Shown: positions 13,401 to 28,200 of the stretch, piece after piece
Layout of the letters: the number at the start of each line of letters is the position of its first letter
Numbering within the stretch: position 1 is the first letter of the stretch
Assembly (NCBI GenBank): GCA_051362555.1
Contig: CM120641.1
Span: 22,816,001 to 22,880,000, forward strand
Length of the DNA: 64,000 bases
Reading direction: 5' to 3'
Source of the DNA: Lingula anatina
Taxonomy: Eukaryota; Animalia; Brachiopoda
The notes under the pieces: generated by a model
What the model saw: the letters and a program-made list of their open reading frames with translations, nothing else
Told to the model about the DNA's origin: nothing
The model's database searches: none
Program-made: the position numbers and the translations under genes

Positions 13401-15124
13401 CGGGTCACTTCATTAAAGCCCCCAATTTCAGCTTTAAAGATTGCCAGAAAGCACACCTGAGAACAGGATTTGGAGAGGGGGGGGGGGGTGGAGAGAGTTT
13501 TTGCTCTATTTCTTCCTTAATAATGATACAACCACTCTTCCAGTACTTTATCCTCACTACAAATGACCAAACACACCTACCTGACACAATATTGAAGAAA
13601 AAAATTTTTCATCCCTACCTGGCCAAAATTGAAGAAAACTGCCATATCCGAACCTTACGAAAATCACTCAAAATCACCCAAAAATGACCCGTCAAAAATT
13701 TTTCCAAAAAGTGATGAAAATCAATTTACCACACCTGACATTCATAAAAAATGTGGAAACGCGCCCGGGTCACTTCATTAAAGCCCCCAATTTCAGCTTT
13801 AAAGATTGCCAGAAAGCACACCTGAGAACAGGATTTGGAGAGGGGGGGGTGGAGAGAGTTTTTGCTCTATTTCTTCCTTAATAATGATACAACCACTCTT
13901 CCAGTACTTTATCCTCACTACAAATGACCAAACACACCTACCTGACACAATATTGAAGAAAAAAATTTTTCATCCCTACCTGGCCAAAATTGAAGAAAAC
14001 TGCCATATCCGGACCTTACGAAAATCACTCAAAATCACCCAAAAATGACCCGTCAAAAATTTTTCCAAAAAGTGATGAAAATCAATTTACCACACCTGAC
14101 ATTCATAAAAAATGTGGAAACGCGCCCGGGTCACTTCATTAAAGCCCCCAATTTCAGCTTTAAAGATTGCCAGAAAACACACCTGAGAACAGGATTTGGA
14201 GAGGGGGGGTGGAGAGAGTTTTTGCTCTATTTCTTCCTTAATAATGATACAACCACTCTTCCAGTACTTTATCCTCACTACAAATGACCAAACACACCTA
14301 CCTGACACAATATTGAAGAAAAAAATTTTTCATCCCTACCTGGCCAAAATTGAAGAAAACTGCCATATCCGGACCTTACGAAAATCACTCAAAATCACCC
14401 AAAAATGACCCGTCAAAAATTTTTCCAAAAAGTGATGAAAATCAATTTACCACACCTGACATTCATAAAAAATGTGGAAACGCGCCCGGGTCACTTCATT
14501 AAAGCCCCCAATTTCAGCTTTAAAGATTGCCAGAAAGCACACCTGAGAACAGGATTTGGAGAGGGGGGGTGGAGAGAGGTTTTGCTCTATTTCTTCCTTA
14601 ATAATGATACAACCACTCTTCCAGTACTTTATCCTCACTACAAATGACCAAACACACCTACCTGACACAATATTGAAGAAAAAAATTTTTCATCCCTACC
14701 TGGCCAAAATTGAAGAAAACTGCCATATCCGGACCTTACGAAAATCACTCAAAATCACCCAAAAATGACCCGTCAAAAATTTTTCCAAAAAGTGATGAAA
14801 ATCAATTTACCACACCTGACATTCATAAAAAATGTGGAAACGCGCCCGGGTCACTTCATTAAAGCCCCCAATTTCAGCTTTAAAGATTGCCAGAAAGCAC
14901 ACCTGAGAACAGGATTTGGAGAGGGGGGGTGGAGAGAGTTTTTGCTCTATTTCTTCCTTAATAATGATACAACCACTCTTCCAGTACTTTATCCTCACTA
15001 CAAATGACCAAACACACCTACCTGACACAATATTGAAGAAAAAAATTTTTCATCCCTACCTGGCCAAAATTGAAGAAAACTGCCATATCCGGACCTTACG
15101 AAAATCACTCAAAATCACCCAAAA

Positions 15125-18100
15125 ATGACCCGTCAAAAATTTTTCCAAAAAGTGATGAAAATCAATTTACCACACCTGACATTCATAAAAAATGTGGAAA
15201 CGCGCCCGGGTCACTTCATTAAAGCCCCCAATTTCAGCTTTAAAGATTGCCAGAAAGCACACCTGAGAACAGGATTTGGAGAGGGGGGTGGGTGGAGAGA
15301 GTTTTTGCTCTATTTCTTCCTTAATAATGATACAACCACTCTTCCAGTACTTTATCCTCACTACAAATGACCAAACACACCTACCTGACACAATATTGAA
15401 GAAAAAAATTTTTCATCCCTACCTGGCCAAAATTGAAGAAAACTGCCATATCCGGACCTTACGAAAATCACTCAAAATCACCCAAAAATGACCCGTCAAA
15501 AATTTTTCCAAAAAGTGATGAAAATCAATTTACCACACCTGACATTCATAAAAAATGTGGAAACGCGCCCGGGTCACTTCATTAAAGCCCCCAATTTCAG
15601 CTTTAAAGATTGCCAGAAAGCACACCTGAGAACAGGATTTGGAGAAAGGGGGGGCGGAGAGAGTTTTTGCTCTATTTCTTCCTTAATAATGATACAACCA
15701 CTCTTCCAGTACTTTATCCTCACTACAAATGACCAAACACACCTACCTGACACAATATTGAAGAAAAAAATTTTTCATCCCTACCTGGCCAAAATTGAAG
15801 AAAACTGCCATATCCGGACCTTACGAAAATCACTCAAAATCACCCAAAAATGACCAGTCAAAAATTTTTCCAAAAAGTGATGAAAATCAATTTACCACAC
15901 CTGACATTCATAAAAAATGTGGAAACGCGCCCGGGTCACTTCATTAAAGCCCCCAATTTCAGCTTTAAAGATTGCCAGAAAGCACACCTGAGAACAGGAT
16001 TTGGAGAGGGGGGGGGTGGAGAGAGTTTTTGCTCTATTTCTTCCTTAATAATGATACAACCACTCTTCCAGTACTTTATCCTCACTACAAATGACCAAAC
16101 ACACCTACCTGACACAATATTGAAGAAAAAAATTTTTCATCCCTACCTGGCCAAAATTGAAGAAAACTGCCATATCCGGACCTTACGAAAATCACTCAAA
16201 ATCACCCAAAAATGACCCGTCAAAAATTTTTCCAAAAAGTGATGAAAATCAATTTACCACACCTGACATTCATAAAAAATGTGGAAACGCGCCCGGGTCA
16301 CTTCATTAAAGCCCCCAATTTCAGCTTTAAAGATTGCCAGAAAGCACACCTGAGAACAGGATTTGGAGAAAGGGGGGGGCGGAGAGAGTTTTTGCTCTAT
16401 TTCTTCCTTAATAATGATACAACCACTCTTCCAGTACTTTATCCTCACTACAAATGACCAAACACACCTACCTGACACAATATTGAAGAAAAAAATTTTT
16501 CATCCCTACCTGGCCAAAATTGAAGAAAACTGCCATATCCGGACCTTACGAAAATCACTCAAAATCACCCAAAAATGACCCGTCAAAAATTTTTCCAAAA
16601 AGTGATGAAAATCAATTTACCACACCTGACATTCATAATAAATGTGGAAACGCACCCGGGTCACTTCATTAAAGCCCCCAATTTCAGCTTTAAAGATTGC
16701 CAGAAAGCACACCTGAGAACAGGATTTGGAGAGGGGGGGGTGGAGAGAGTTTTTGCTCTATTTCTTCCTTAATAATGATACAACCACTCTTCCAGTACTT
16801 TATCCTCACTACAAATGACCAAACACACCTACCTGACACAATATTGAAGAAAAAAATTTTTCATCCCTACCTGGCCAAAATTGAAGAAAACTGCCATATC
16901 CGGACCTTACGAAAATCACTCAAAATCACCCAAAAATGACCCGTCAAAAATTTTTCCAAAAAGTGATGAAAATCAATTTACCACACCTGACATTCATAAA
17001 AAATGTGGAAACGCGCCCGGGTCACTTCATTAAAGCCCCCAATTTCAGCTTTAAAGATTGCCAGAAAGCACACCTGAGAACAGGATTTGGAGAGGGGGGG
17101 GGTGGAGAGAGTTTTTGCTCTATTTCTTCCTTAATAATGATACAACCACTCTTCCAGTACTTTATCCTCACTACAAATGACCAAACACACCTACCTGACA
17201 CAATATTGAAGAAAAAAATTTTTCATCCCTACCTGGCCAAAATTGAAGAAAACTGCCATATCCGGACCTTACGAAAATCACTCAAAATCACCCAAAAATG
17301 ACCCGTCAAAAATTTTTCCAAAAAGTGATGAAAATCAATTTACCACACCTGACATTCATAAAAAATGTGGAAACGCGCCCGGGTCACTTCATTAAAGCCC
17401 CCAATTTCAGCTTTAAAGATTGCCAGAAAGCACACCTGAGAACAGGATTTGGAGAGGGGGGGGTGGAGAGAGTTTTTGCTCTATTTCTTCCTTAATAATG
17501 ATACAACCACTCTTCCAGTACTTTATCCTCACTACAAATGACCAAACACACCTACCTGACACAATATTGAAGAAAAAAATTTTTCATCCCTACCTGGCCA
17601 AAATTGAAGAAAACTGCCATATCCGGATCTTACGAAAATCACTCAAAATCACCCAAAAATGACCCGTCAAAAATTTTTCCAAAAAGTGATGAAAATCAAT
17701 TTACCACACCTGACATTCATAAAAAATGTGGAAACGCGCCCGGGTCACTTCATTAAAGCCCCCAATTTCAGCTTTAAAGATTGCCAGAAAGCACACCTGA
17801 GAACAGAATTTGGAGAGGGGGGGGGTGGAGAGAGTTTTTGCTCTATTTCTTCCTTAATAATGATACAACCACTCTTCCAGTACTTTATCCTCACTACAAA
17901 TGACCAAACACACCTACCTGACACAATATTGAAGAAAAAAATTTTTCATCCCTACCTGGCCAAAATTGAAGAAAACTGCCATATCCGGACCTTACGAAAA
18001 TCACTCAAAATCACCCAAAAATGACCCGTCAAAAATTTTTCCAAAAAGTGATGAAAATCAATTTACCACACCTGACATTCATAAAAAATGTGGAAACGCG

Positions 18101-21100
18101 CCCGGGTCACTTCATTAAAGCCCCCAATTTCAGCTTTAAAGATTGCCAGAAAGCACACCTGAGAACAGGATTTGGAGAGGGGGGTGGGTGGAGAGAGTTT
18201 TTGCTCTATTTCTTCCTTAATAATGATACAACCACTCTTCCAGTACTTTATCCTCACTACAAATGACCAAACACACCTACCTGACACAATATTGAAGAAA
18301 AAAATTTTTCATCCCTACCTGGCCAAAATTGAAGAAAACTGCCATATCCGGACCTTACGAAAATCACTCAAAATCACCCAAAAATGACCCGTCAAAAATT
18401 TTTCCAAAAAGTGATGAAAATCAATTTACCACACCTGACATTCATAAAAAATGTGGAAACGCGCCCGGGTCACTTCATTAAAGCCCCCAATTTCAGCTTT
18501 AAAGATTGCCAGAAAGCACACCTGAGAACAGGATTTGGAGAAAGGGGGGGCGGAGAGAGTTTTTGCTCTATTTCTTCCTTAATAATGATACAACCACTCT
18601 TCCAGTACTTTATCCTCACTACAAATGACCAAACACACCTACCTGACACAATATTGAAGAAAAAAATTTTTCATCCCTACCTGGCCAAAATTGAAGAAAA
18701 CTGCCATATCCGGACCTTACGAAAATCACTCAAAATCACCCAAAAATGACCAGTCAAAAATTTTTCCAAAAAGTGATGAAAATCAATTTACCACACCTGA
18801 CATTCATAAAAAATGTGGAAACGCGCCCGGGTCACTTCATTAAAGCCCCCAATTTCAGCTTTAAAGATTGCCAGAAAGCACACCTGAGAACAGGATTTGG
18901 AGAGGGGGGGGGTGGAGAGAGTTTTTGCTCTATTTCTTCCTTAATAATGATACAACCACTCTTCCAGTACTTTATCCTCACTACAAATGACCAAACACAC
19001 CTACCTGACACAATATTGAAGAAAAAAATTTTTCATCCCTACCTGGCCAAAATTGAAGAAAACTGCCATATCCGGACCTTACGAAAATCACTCAAAATCA
19101 CCCAAAAATGACCCGTCAAAAATTTTTCCAAAAAGTGATGAAAATCAATTTACCACACCTGACATTCATAAAAAATGTGGAAACGCGCCCGGGTCACTTC
19201 ATTAAAGCCCCCAATTTCAGCTTTAAAGATTGCCAGAAAGCACACCTGAGAACAGGATTTGGAGAAAGGGGGGGGCGGAGAGAGTTTTTGCTCTATTTCT
19301 TCCTTAATAATGATACAACCACTCTTCCAGTACTTTATCCTCACTACAAATGACCAAACACACCTACCTGACACAATATTGAAGAAAAAAATTTTTCATC
19401 CCTACCTGGCCAAAATTGAAGAAAACTGCCATATCCGGACCTTACGAAAATCACTCAAAATCACCCAAAAATGACCCGTCAAAAATTTTTCCAAAAAGTG
19501 ATGAAAATCAATTTACCACACCTGACATTCATAATAAATGTGGAAACGCACCCGGGTCACTTCATTAAAGCCCCCAATTTCAGCTTTAAAGATTGCCAGA
19601 AAGCACACCTGAGAACAGGATTTGGAGAGGGGGGGGGTGGAGAGAGTTTTTGCTCTATTTCTTCCTTAATAATGATACAACCACTCTTCCAGTACTTTAT
19701 CCTCACTACAAATGACCAAACACACCTACCTGACACAATATTGAAGAAAAAAATTTTTCATCCCTACCTGGCCAAAATTGAAGAAAACTGCCATATCCGG
19801 ACCTTACGAAAATCACTCAAAATCACCCAAAAATGACCCGTCAAAAATTTTTCCAAAAAGTGATGAAAATCAATTTACCACACCTGACATTCATAAAAAA
19901 TGTGGAAACGCGCCCGGGTCACTTCATTAAAGCCCCCAATTTCAGCTTTAAAGATTGCCAGAAAGCACACCTGAGAACAGGATTTGGAGAGGGGGGGGGG
20001 TGGAGAGAGTTTTTGCTCTATTTCTTCCTTAATAATGATACAACCACTCTTCCAGTACTTTATCCTCACTACAAATGACCAAACACACCTACCTGACACA
20101 ATATTGAAGAAAAAAATTTTTCATCCCTACCTGGCCAAAATTGAAGAAAACTGCCATATCCGGACCTTACGAAAATCACTCAAAATCACCCAAAAATGAC
20201 CCGTCAAAAATTTTTCCAAAAAGTGATGAAAATCAATTTACCACACCTGACATTCATAAAAAATGTGGAAACGCGCCCGGGTCACTTCATTAAAGCCCCC
20301 AATTTCAGCTTTAAAGATTGCCAGAAAGCACACCTGAGAACAGGATTTGGAGAGGGGGGGGTGGAGAGAGTTTTTGCTCTATTTCTTCCTTAATAATGAT
20401 ACAACCACTCTTCCAGTACTTTATCCTCACTACAAATGACCAAACACACCTACCTGACACAATATTGAAGAAAAAAATTTTTCATCCCTACCTGGCCAAA
20501 ATTGAAGAAAACTGCCATATCCGGATCTTACGAAAATCACTCAAAATCACCCAAAAATGACCCGTCAAAAATTTTTCCAAAAAGTGATGAAAATCAATTT
20601 ACCACACCTGACATTCATAAAAAATGTGGAAACGCGCCCGGGTCACTTCATTAAAGCCCCCAATTTCAGCTTTAAAGATTGCCAGAAAGCACACCTGAGA
20701 ACAGAATTTGGAGAGGGGGGGGGTGGAGAGAGTTTTTGCTCTATTTCTTCCTTAATAATGATACAACCACTCTTCCAGTACTTTATCCTCACTACAAATG
20801 ACCAAACACACCTACCTGACACAATATTGAAGAAAAAAATTTTTCATCCCTACCTGGCCAAAATTGAAGAAAACTGCCATATTCGGACCTTACGAAAATC
20901 ACTCAAAATCACCCAAAAATGACCCGTCAAAAATTTTTCCAAAAAGTGATGAAAATCAATTTACCACACCTGACATTCATAAAAAATGTGGAAACGCGCC
21001 CGGGTCACTTTATTAAAGCCCCCAATTTCAGCTTTAAAGATTGCCAGAAAGCACACCTGAGAACAGGATTTGGAGAGGGGGGGGTGGAGAGAGTTTTTGC

Positions 21101-24100
21101 TCTATTTCTTCCTTAATAATGATACAACCACTCTTCCAGTACTTTATCCTCACTACAAATGACCAAACACACCTACCTGACACAATATTGAAGAAAAAAA
21201 TTTTTCATCCCTACCTGGCCAAAATTAAAGAAAACTGCCATATCCGGACCTTACGAAAATCACTCAAAATCACCCAAAAATGACCCGTCAAAAATTTTTC
21301 CAAAAAGTGATGAAAATCAATTTACCACACCTGACATTCATAAAAAATGTGGAAACGCGCCCGGGTCACTTCATTAAAGCCCCCAATTTCAGCTTTAAAG
21401 ATTGCCAGAAAGCACACCTGAGAACAGGATTTGGAGAGGGGGGGGTGGAGAGAGTTTTTGCTCTATTTCTTCCTTAATAATGATACAACCACTCTTCCAG
21501 TACTTTATCCTCACTACAAATGACCAAACACACCTACCTGACACAATATTGAAGAAAAAAATTTTTCATCCCTACCTGGCCAAAATTGAAGAAAACTGCC
21601 ATATCCGGACCTTACGAAAATCACTCAAAATCACCCAAAAATGACCCGTCAAAAATTTTTCCAAAAAGTGATGAAAATCAATTTACCACACCTGACATTC
21701 ATAAAAAATGTGGAAACGCGCCCGGGTCACTTCATTAAAGCCCCCAATTTCAGCTTTAAAGATTGCCAGAAAGCACACCTGAGAACAGAATTTGGAGAGG
21801 GGGGGGTGGAGAGAGTTTTTGCTCTATTTCTTCCTTAATAATGATACAACCACTCTTCCAGTACTTTATCCTCACTACAAATGACCAAACACACCTACCT
21901 GACACAATATTGAAGAAAAAAATTTTTCATCCCTACCTGGCCAAAATTGAAGAAAACTGCCATATCCGGACCTTACGAAAATCACTCAAAATCACCCAAA
22001 AATGACCCGTCAAAAATTTTTCCAAAAAGTGATGAAAATCAATTTACCACACCTGACATTCATAAAAAATGTGGAAACGCGCCCGGGTCACTTCATTAAA
22101 GCCCCCAATTTCAGCTTTAAAGATTGCCAGAAAGCACACCTGAGAACAGGATTTGGAGAGGGGGGTGGGTGGAGAGAGTTTTTGCTCTATTTCTTCCTTA
22201 ATAATGATACAACCACTCTTCCAGTACTTTATCCTCACTACAAATGACCAAACACACCTACCTGACACAATATTGAAGAAAAAAATTTTTCATCCCTACC
22301 TGGCCAAAATTGAAGAAAACTGCCATATCCGGACCTTACGAAAATCACTCAAAATCACCCAAAAATGACCCGTCAAAAATTTTTCCAAAAAGTGATGAAA
22401 ATCAATTTACCACACCTGACATTCATAAAAAATGTGGAAACGCGCCCGGGTCACTTCATTAAAGCCCCCAATTTCAGCTTTAAAGATTGCCAGAAAGCAC
22501 ACCTGAGAACAGGATTTGGAGAAAGGGGGGGCGGAGAGAGTTTTTGCTCTATTTCTTCCTTAATAATGATACAACCACTCTTCCAGTACTTTATCCTCAC
22601 TACAAATGACCAAACACACCTACCTGACACAATATTGAAGAAAAAAATTTTTCATCCCTACCTGGCCAAAATTGAAGAAAACTGCCATATCCGGACCTTA
22701 CGAAAATCACTCAAAATCACCCAAAAATGACCAGTCAAAAATTTTTCCAAAAAGTGATGAAAATCAATTTACCACACCTGACATTCATAAAAAATGTGGA
22801 AACGCGCCCGGGTCACTTCATTAAAGCCCCCAATTTCAGCTTTAAAGATTGCCAGAAAGCACACCTGAGAACAGGATTTGGAGAGGGGGGGGGTGGAGAG
22901 AGTTTTTGCTCTATTTCTTCCTTAATAATGATACAACCACTCTTCCAGTACTTTATCCTCACTACAAATGACCAAACACACCTACCTGACACAATATTGA
23001 AGAAAAAAATTTTTCATCCCTACCTGGCCAAAATTGAAGAAAACTGCCATATCCGGACCTTACGAAAATCACTCAAAATCACCCAAAAATGACCCGTCAA
23101 AAATTTTTCCAAAAAGTGATGAAAATCAATTTACCACACCTGACATTCATAAAAAATGTGGAAACGCGCCCGGGTCACTTCATTAAAGCCCCCAATTTCA
23201 GCTTTAAAGATTGCCAGAAAGCACACCTGAGAACAGGATTTGGAGAAAGGGGGGGGCGGAGAGAGTTTTTGCTCTATTTCTTCCTTAATAATGATACAAC
23301 CACTCTTCCAGTACTTTATCCTCACTACAAATGACCAAACACACCTACCTGACACAATATTGAAGAAAAAAATTTTTCATCCCTACCTGGCCAAAATTGA
23401 AGAAAACTGCCATATCCGGACCTTACGAAAATCACTCAAAATCACCCAAAAATGACCCGTCAAAAATTTTTCCAAAAAGTGATGAAAATCAATTTACCAC
23501 ACCTGACATTCATAATAAATGTGGAAACGCACCCGGGTCACTTCATTAAAGCCCCCAATTTCAGCTTTAAAGATTGCCAGAAAGCACACCTGAGAACAGG
23601 ATTTGGAGAGGGGGGGGTGGAGAGAGTTTTTGCTCTATTTCTTCCTTAATAATGATACAACCACTCTTCCAGTACTTTATCCTCACTACAAATGACCAAA
23701 CACACCTACCTGACACAATATTGAAGAAAAAAATTTTTCATCCCTACCTGGCCAAAATTGAAGAAAACTGCCATATCCGGACCTTACGAAAATCACTCAA
23801 AATCACCCAAAAATGACCCGTCAAAAATTTTTCCAAAAAGTGATGAAAATCAATTTACCACACCTGACATTCATAAAAAATGTGGAAACGCGCCCGGGTC
23901 ACTTCATTAAAGCCCCCAATTTCAGCTTTAAAGATTGCCAGAAAGCACACCTGAGAACAGGATTTGGAGAGGGGGGGGGTTGAAAAGAGTTTTTGCTCTA
24001 TTTCTTCCTTAATAATGATACAACCACTCTTCCAGTACTTTATACTCACTACAAATGACCAAACACACCTACCTGACACAATATTGAAGAAAAAAATTTT

Positions 24101-24898
24101 TCATCCCTACCTGGCCAAAATTGAAGAAAACTGCCATATCCGGACCTTACGAAAATCACTCAAAATCACCCAAAAATGACCCGTCAAAAATTTTTCCAAA
24201 AAGTGATGAAAATCAATTTACCACACCTGACATTCATAAAAAATGTGGAAACGCGCCCGGGTCACTTCATTAAAGCCCCCAATTTCAGCTTTAAAGATTG
24301 CCAGAAAGCACACCTGAGAACAGGATTTGGAGAGGGGGGGGTGGAGAGAGTTTTTGCTCTATTTCTTCCTTAATAATGATACAACCACTCTTCCAGTACT
24401 TTATCCTCACTACAAATGACCAAACACACCTACCTGACACAATATTGAAGAAAAAAATTTTTCATCCCTACCTGGCCAAAATTGAAGAAAACTGCCATAT
24501 CCGGATCTTACGAAAATCACTCAAAATCACCCAAAAATGACCCGTCAAAAATTTTTCCAAAAAGTGATGAAAATCAATTTACCACACCTGACATTCATAA
24601 AAAATGTGGAAACGCGCCCGGGTCACTTCATTAAAGCCCCCAATTTCAGCTTTAAAGATTGCCAGAAAGCACACCTGAGAACAGAATTTGGAGAGGGGGG
24701 GGGTGGAGAGAGTTTTTGCTCTATTTCTTCCTTAATAATGATACAACCACTCTTCCAGTACTTTATCCTCACTACAAATGACCAAACACACCTACCTGAC
24801 ACAATATTGAAGAAAAAAATTTTTCATCCCTACCTGGCCAAAATTGAAGAAAACTGCCATATCCGGACCTTACGAAAATCACTCAAAATCACCCAAAA
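15125..24898 (+). repeat. Higher-order repeat: 3 copies of an 8-monomer block (~2.9 kb) at 15125, 18021 and 22002, with 3 extra monomers at 20919-22001
   Basis: The ordered variants GGGGGTGGGT; GAGAAAG..GC; ACCAGTC; GAGAAAG..GC; ATAATAA+ACGCACC; unmarked; CCGGATCT; ACAGAATT recur three times. Confidence 0.9.
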
Positions 24899-25261
24899 AT
24901 GACCCGTCAAAAATTTTTTCCAAAATGTGATGAAAATCAATTTACCACACCTGACATTCATAAAAAATGTGGAAACGCACCCGGGTCACTTCATTAAAGC
25001 CCCCAATTTCAGCTTTAATGATTGCCAGAAAGCACACCTGAGAACAGGATTTGGAGAGGGGGGGGGTGGAGAGAGTTTTTGCTCTATTTCTTCCTTAATA
25101 ATGATACAACCACTCTTCCAGTACTTTATCCTCACTACAAATGACCAAACACACCTACCTGACACAATATTGAAGAAAAAAATTTTTCATCCCTACCTGG
25201 CCAAAATTGAAGAAAACTGCCATATCCGGACCTTACGAAAATCACTCAAAATCACCCAAAA

Positions 25262-28200
25262 ATGACCCGTCAAAAATTTTTCCAAAAAGTGATGAAAATC
25301 AATTTACCACACCTGACATTCATAAAAAATGTGGAAACGCGCCCAGGTCACTTCATTAAAGCCCCCAATTTCAGCTTTAAAGATTGCCAGAAAGCACACC
25401 TGAGAACAGAATTTGGAGAGGGGGGGGGTGGAGAGAGTTTTTGCTCTATTTCTTCCTTAATAATGATACAACCACTCTTCCAGTACTTTATCCTCACTAC
25501 AAATGACCAAACACACCTACCTGACACAATATTGAAGAAAAAAATTTTTCATCCCTACCTGGCCAAAATTGAAGAAAACTGCCATATCCGGACCTTACGA
25601 AAATCACTCAAAATCACCCAAAAATGACCCGTCAAAAATTTTTTCCAAAATGTGATGAAAATCAATTTACCACACCTGACATTCATAAAAAATGTGGAAA
25701 CGCACCCGGGTCACTTCATTAAAGCCCCCAATTTCAGCTTTAATGATTGCCAGAAAGCACACCTGAGAACAGGATTTGGAGAGGGGGGGGGGGGTGGAGA
25801 GAGTTTTTGCTCTATTTCTTCCTTAATAATGATACAACCACTCTTCCAGTACTTTATCCTCACTACAAATGACCAAACACACCTACCTGACACAATATTG
25901 AAGAAAAAAATTTTTCATCCCTACCTGGCCAAAATTGAAGAAAACTGCCATATCCGGACCTTACGAAAATCACTCAAAATCACCCAAAAATGACCCGTCA
26001 AAAATTTTTCCAAAAAGTGATGAAAATCAATTTACCACACCTGACATTCATAAAAAATGTGGAAACGCGCCCGGGTCACTTCATTAAAGCCCCCAATTTC
26101 AGCTTTAAAGATTGCCAGAAAGCACACCTGAGAACAGGATTTGGAGAGGGGGGGGGGGTGGAGAGAGTTTTTGCTCTATTTCTTCCTTAATAATGATACA
26201 ACCACTCTTCCAGTACTTTATCCTCACTACAAATGACCAAACACACCTACCTGACACAATATTGAAGAAAAAAATTTTTCATCCCTACCTGGCCAAAATT
26301 GAAGAAAACTGCCATATCCGGACCTTACGAAAATCACTCAAAATCACCCAAAAATGACCCGTCAAAAATTTTTCCAAAAAGTGATGAAAATCAATTTACC
26401 ACACCTGACATTCATAAAAAATGTGGAAACGCGCCCGGGTCACTTCATTAAAGCCCCCAATTTCAGCTTTAAAGATTGCCAGAAAGCACACCTGAGAACA
26501 GGATTTGGAGAGGGGGGGGGGGTGGAGAGAGTTTTTGCTCTATTTCTTCCTTAATAATGATACAACCACTCTTCCAGTACTTTATCCTCACTACAAATGA
26601 CCAAACACACCTACCTGACACAATATTGAAGAAAAAAATTTTTCATCCCTACCTGGCCAAAATTGAAGAAAACTGCCATATCCGGACCTAACGAAAATCA
26701 CTCAAAATCACCCAAAAATGACCCGTCAAAAATTTTTCCAAAAAGTGATGAAAATCAATTTACCACACCTGACATTCATAAAAAATGTGGAAACGCGCCC
26801 GGGTCACTTCATTAAAGCCCCCAATTTCAGCTTTAAAGATTGCCAGAAAGCACACCTGAGAACAGGATTTGGAGAGGGGGGGGGGTGGAGAGAGTTTTTG
26901 CTCTATTTCTTCCTTAATAATGATACAACCACTCTTCCAGTACTTTATCCTCACTACAAATGACCAAACACACCTACCTGACACAATATTGAAGAAAAAA
27001 ATTTTTCATCCCTACCTGGCCAAAATTGAAGAAAACTGCCATATCCGGACCTTACGAAAATCACTCAAAATCACCCAAAAATGACCCGTCAAAAATTTTT
27101 CCAAAAAGTGATGAAAATCAATTTACCACACCTGACATTCATAAAAAATGTGGAAACGCGCCCGGGTCACTTCATTAAAGCCCCCAATTTCAGCTTTAAA
27201 GATTGCCAGAAAGCACACCTGAGAACAGGATTTGGAGAGGGGGGGGTGGAGAGAGTTTTTGCTCTATTTCTTCCTTAATAATGATACAACCACTCTTCCA
27301 GTACTTTATCCTCACTACAAATGACCAAACACACCTACCTGACACAATATTGAAGAAAAAAAATTTTTCATCCCTACCTGGCCAAAATTGAAGAAAACTG
27401 CCATATCCGGACCTTACGAAAATCACTCAAAATCACCCAAAAATGACCCGTCAAAAATTTTTTCCAAAATGTGATGAAAATCAATTTACCACACCTGACA
27501 TTCATAAAAAATGTGGAAACGCACCCGGGTCACTTCATTAAAGCCCCCAATTTCAGCTTTAAAGATTGCCAGAAAGCACACCTGAGAACAGGATTTGGAG
27601 AGGGGGGGGGTGGAGAGAGTTTTTGCTCTATTTCTTCCTTAATAATGATACAACCACTCTTCCAGTACTTTATCCTCACTACAAATGACCAAACACACCT
27701 ACCTGACACAATATTGAAGAAAAAAATTTTTCATCCCTACCTGGCCAAAATTGAAGAAAACTGCCATATCCGGACCTTACGAAAATCACTCAAAATCACC
27801 CAAAAATGACCCGTCAAAAATTTTTCCAAAAAGTGATGAAAATCAATTTACCACACCTGACATTCATAAAAAATGTGGAAACGCGCCCGGGTCACTTCAT
27901 TAAAGCCCCCAATTTCAGCTTTAAAGATTGCCAGAAAGCACACCTGAGAACAGGATTTGGAGAGGGGGGGGTGGAGAGAGTTTTTGCTCTATTTCTTCCT
28001 TAATAATGATACAACCACTCTTCCAGTACTTTATCCTCACTACAAATGACCAAACACACCTACCTGACACAATATTGAAGAAAAAAATTTTTCATCCCTA
28101 CCTGGCCAAAATTGAAGAAAACTGCCATATCCGGACCTTACGAAAATCACTCAAAATCACCCAAAAATGACCCATCAAAAATTTTTCCAAAAAGTGATGA

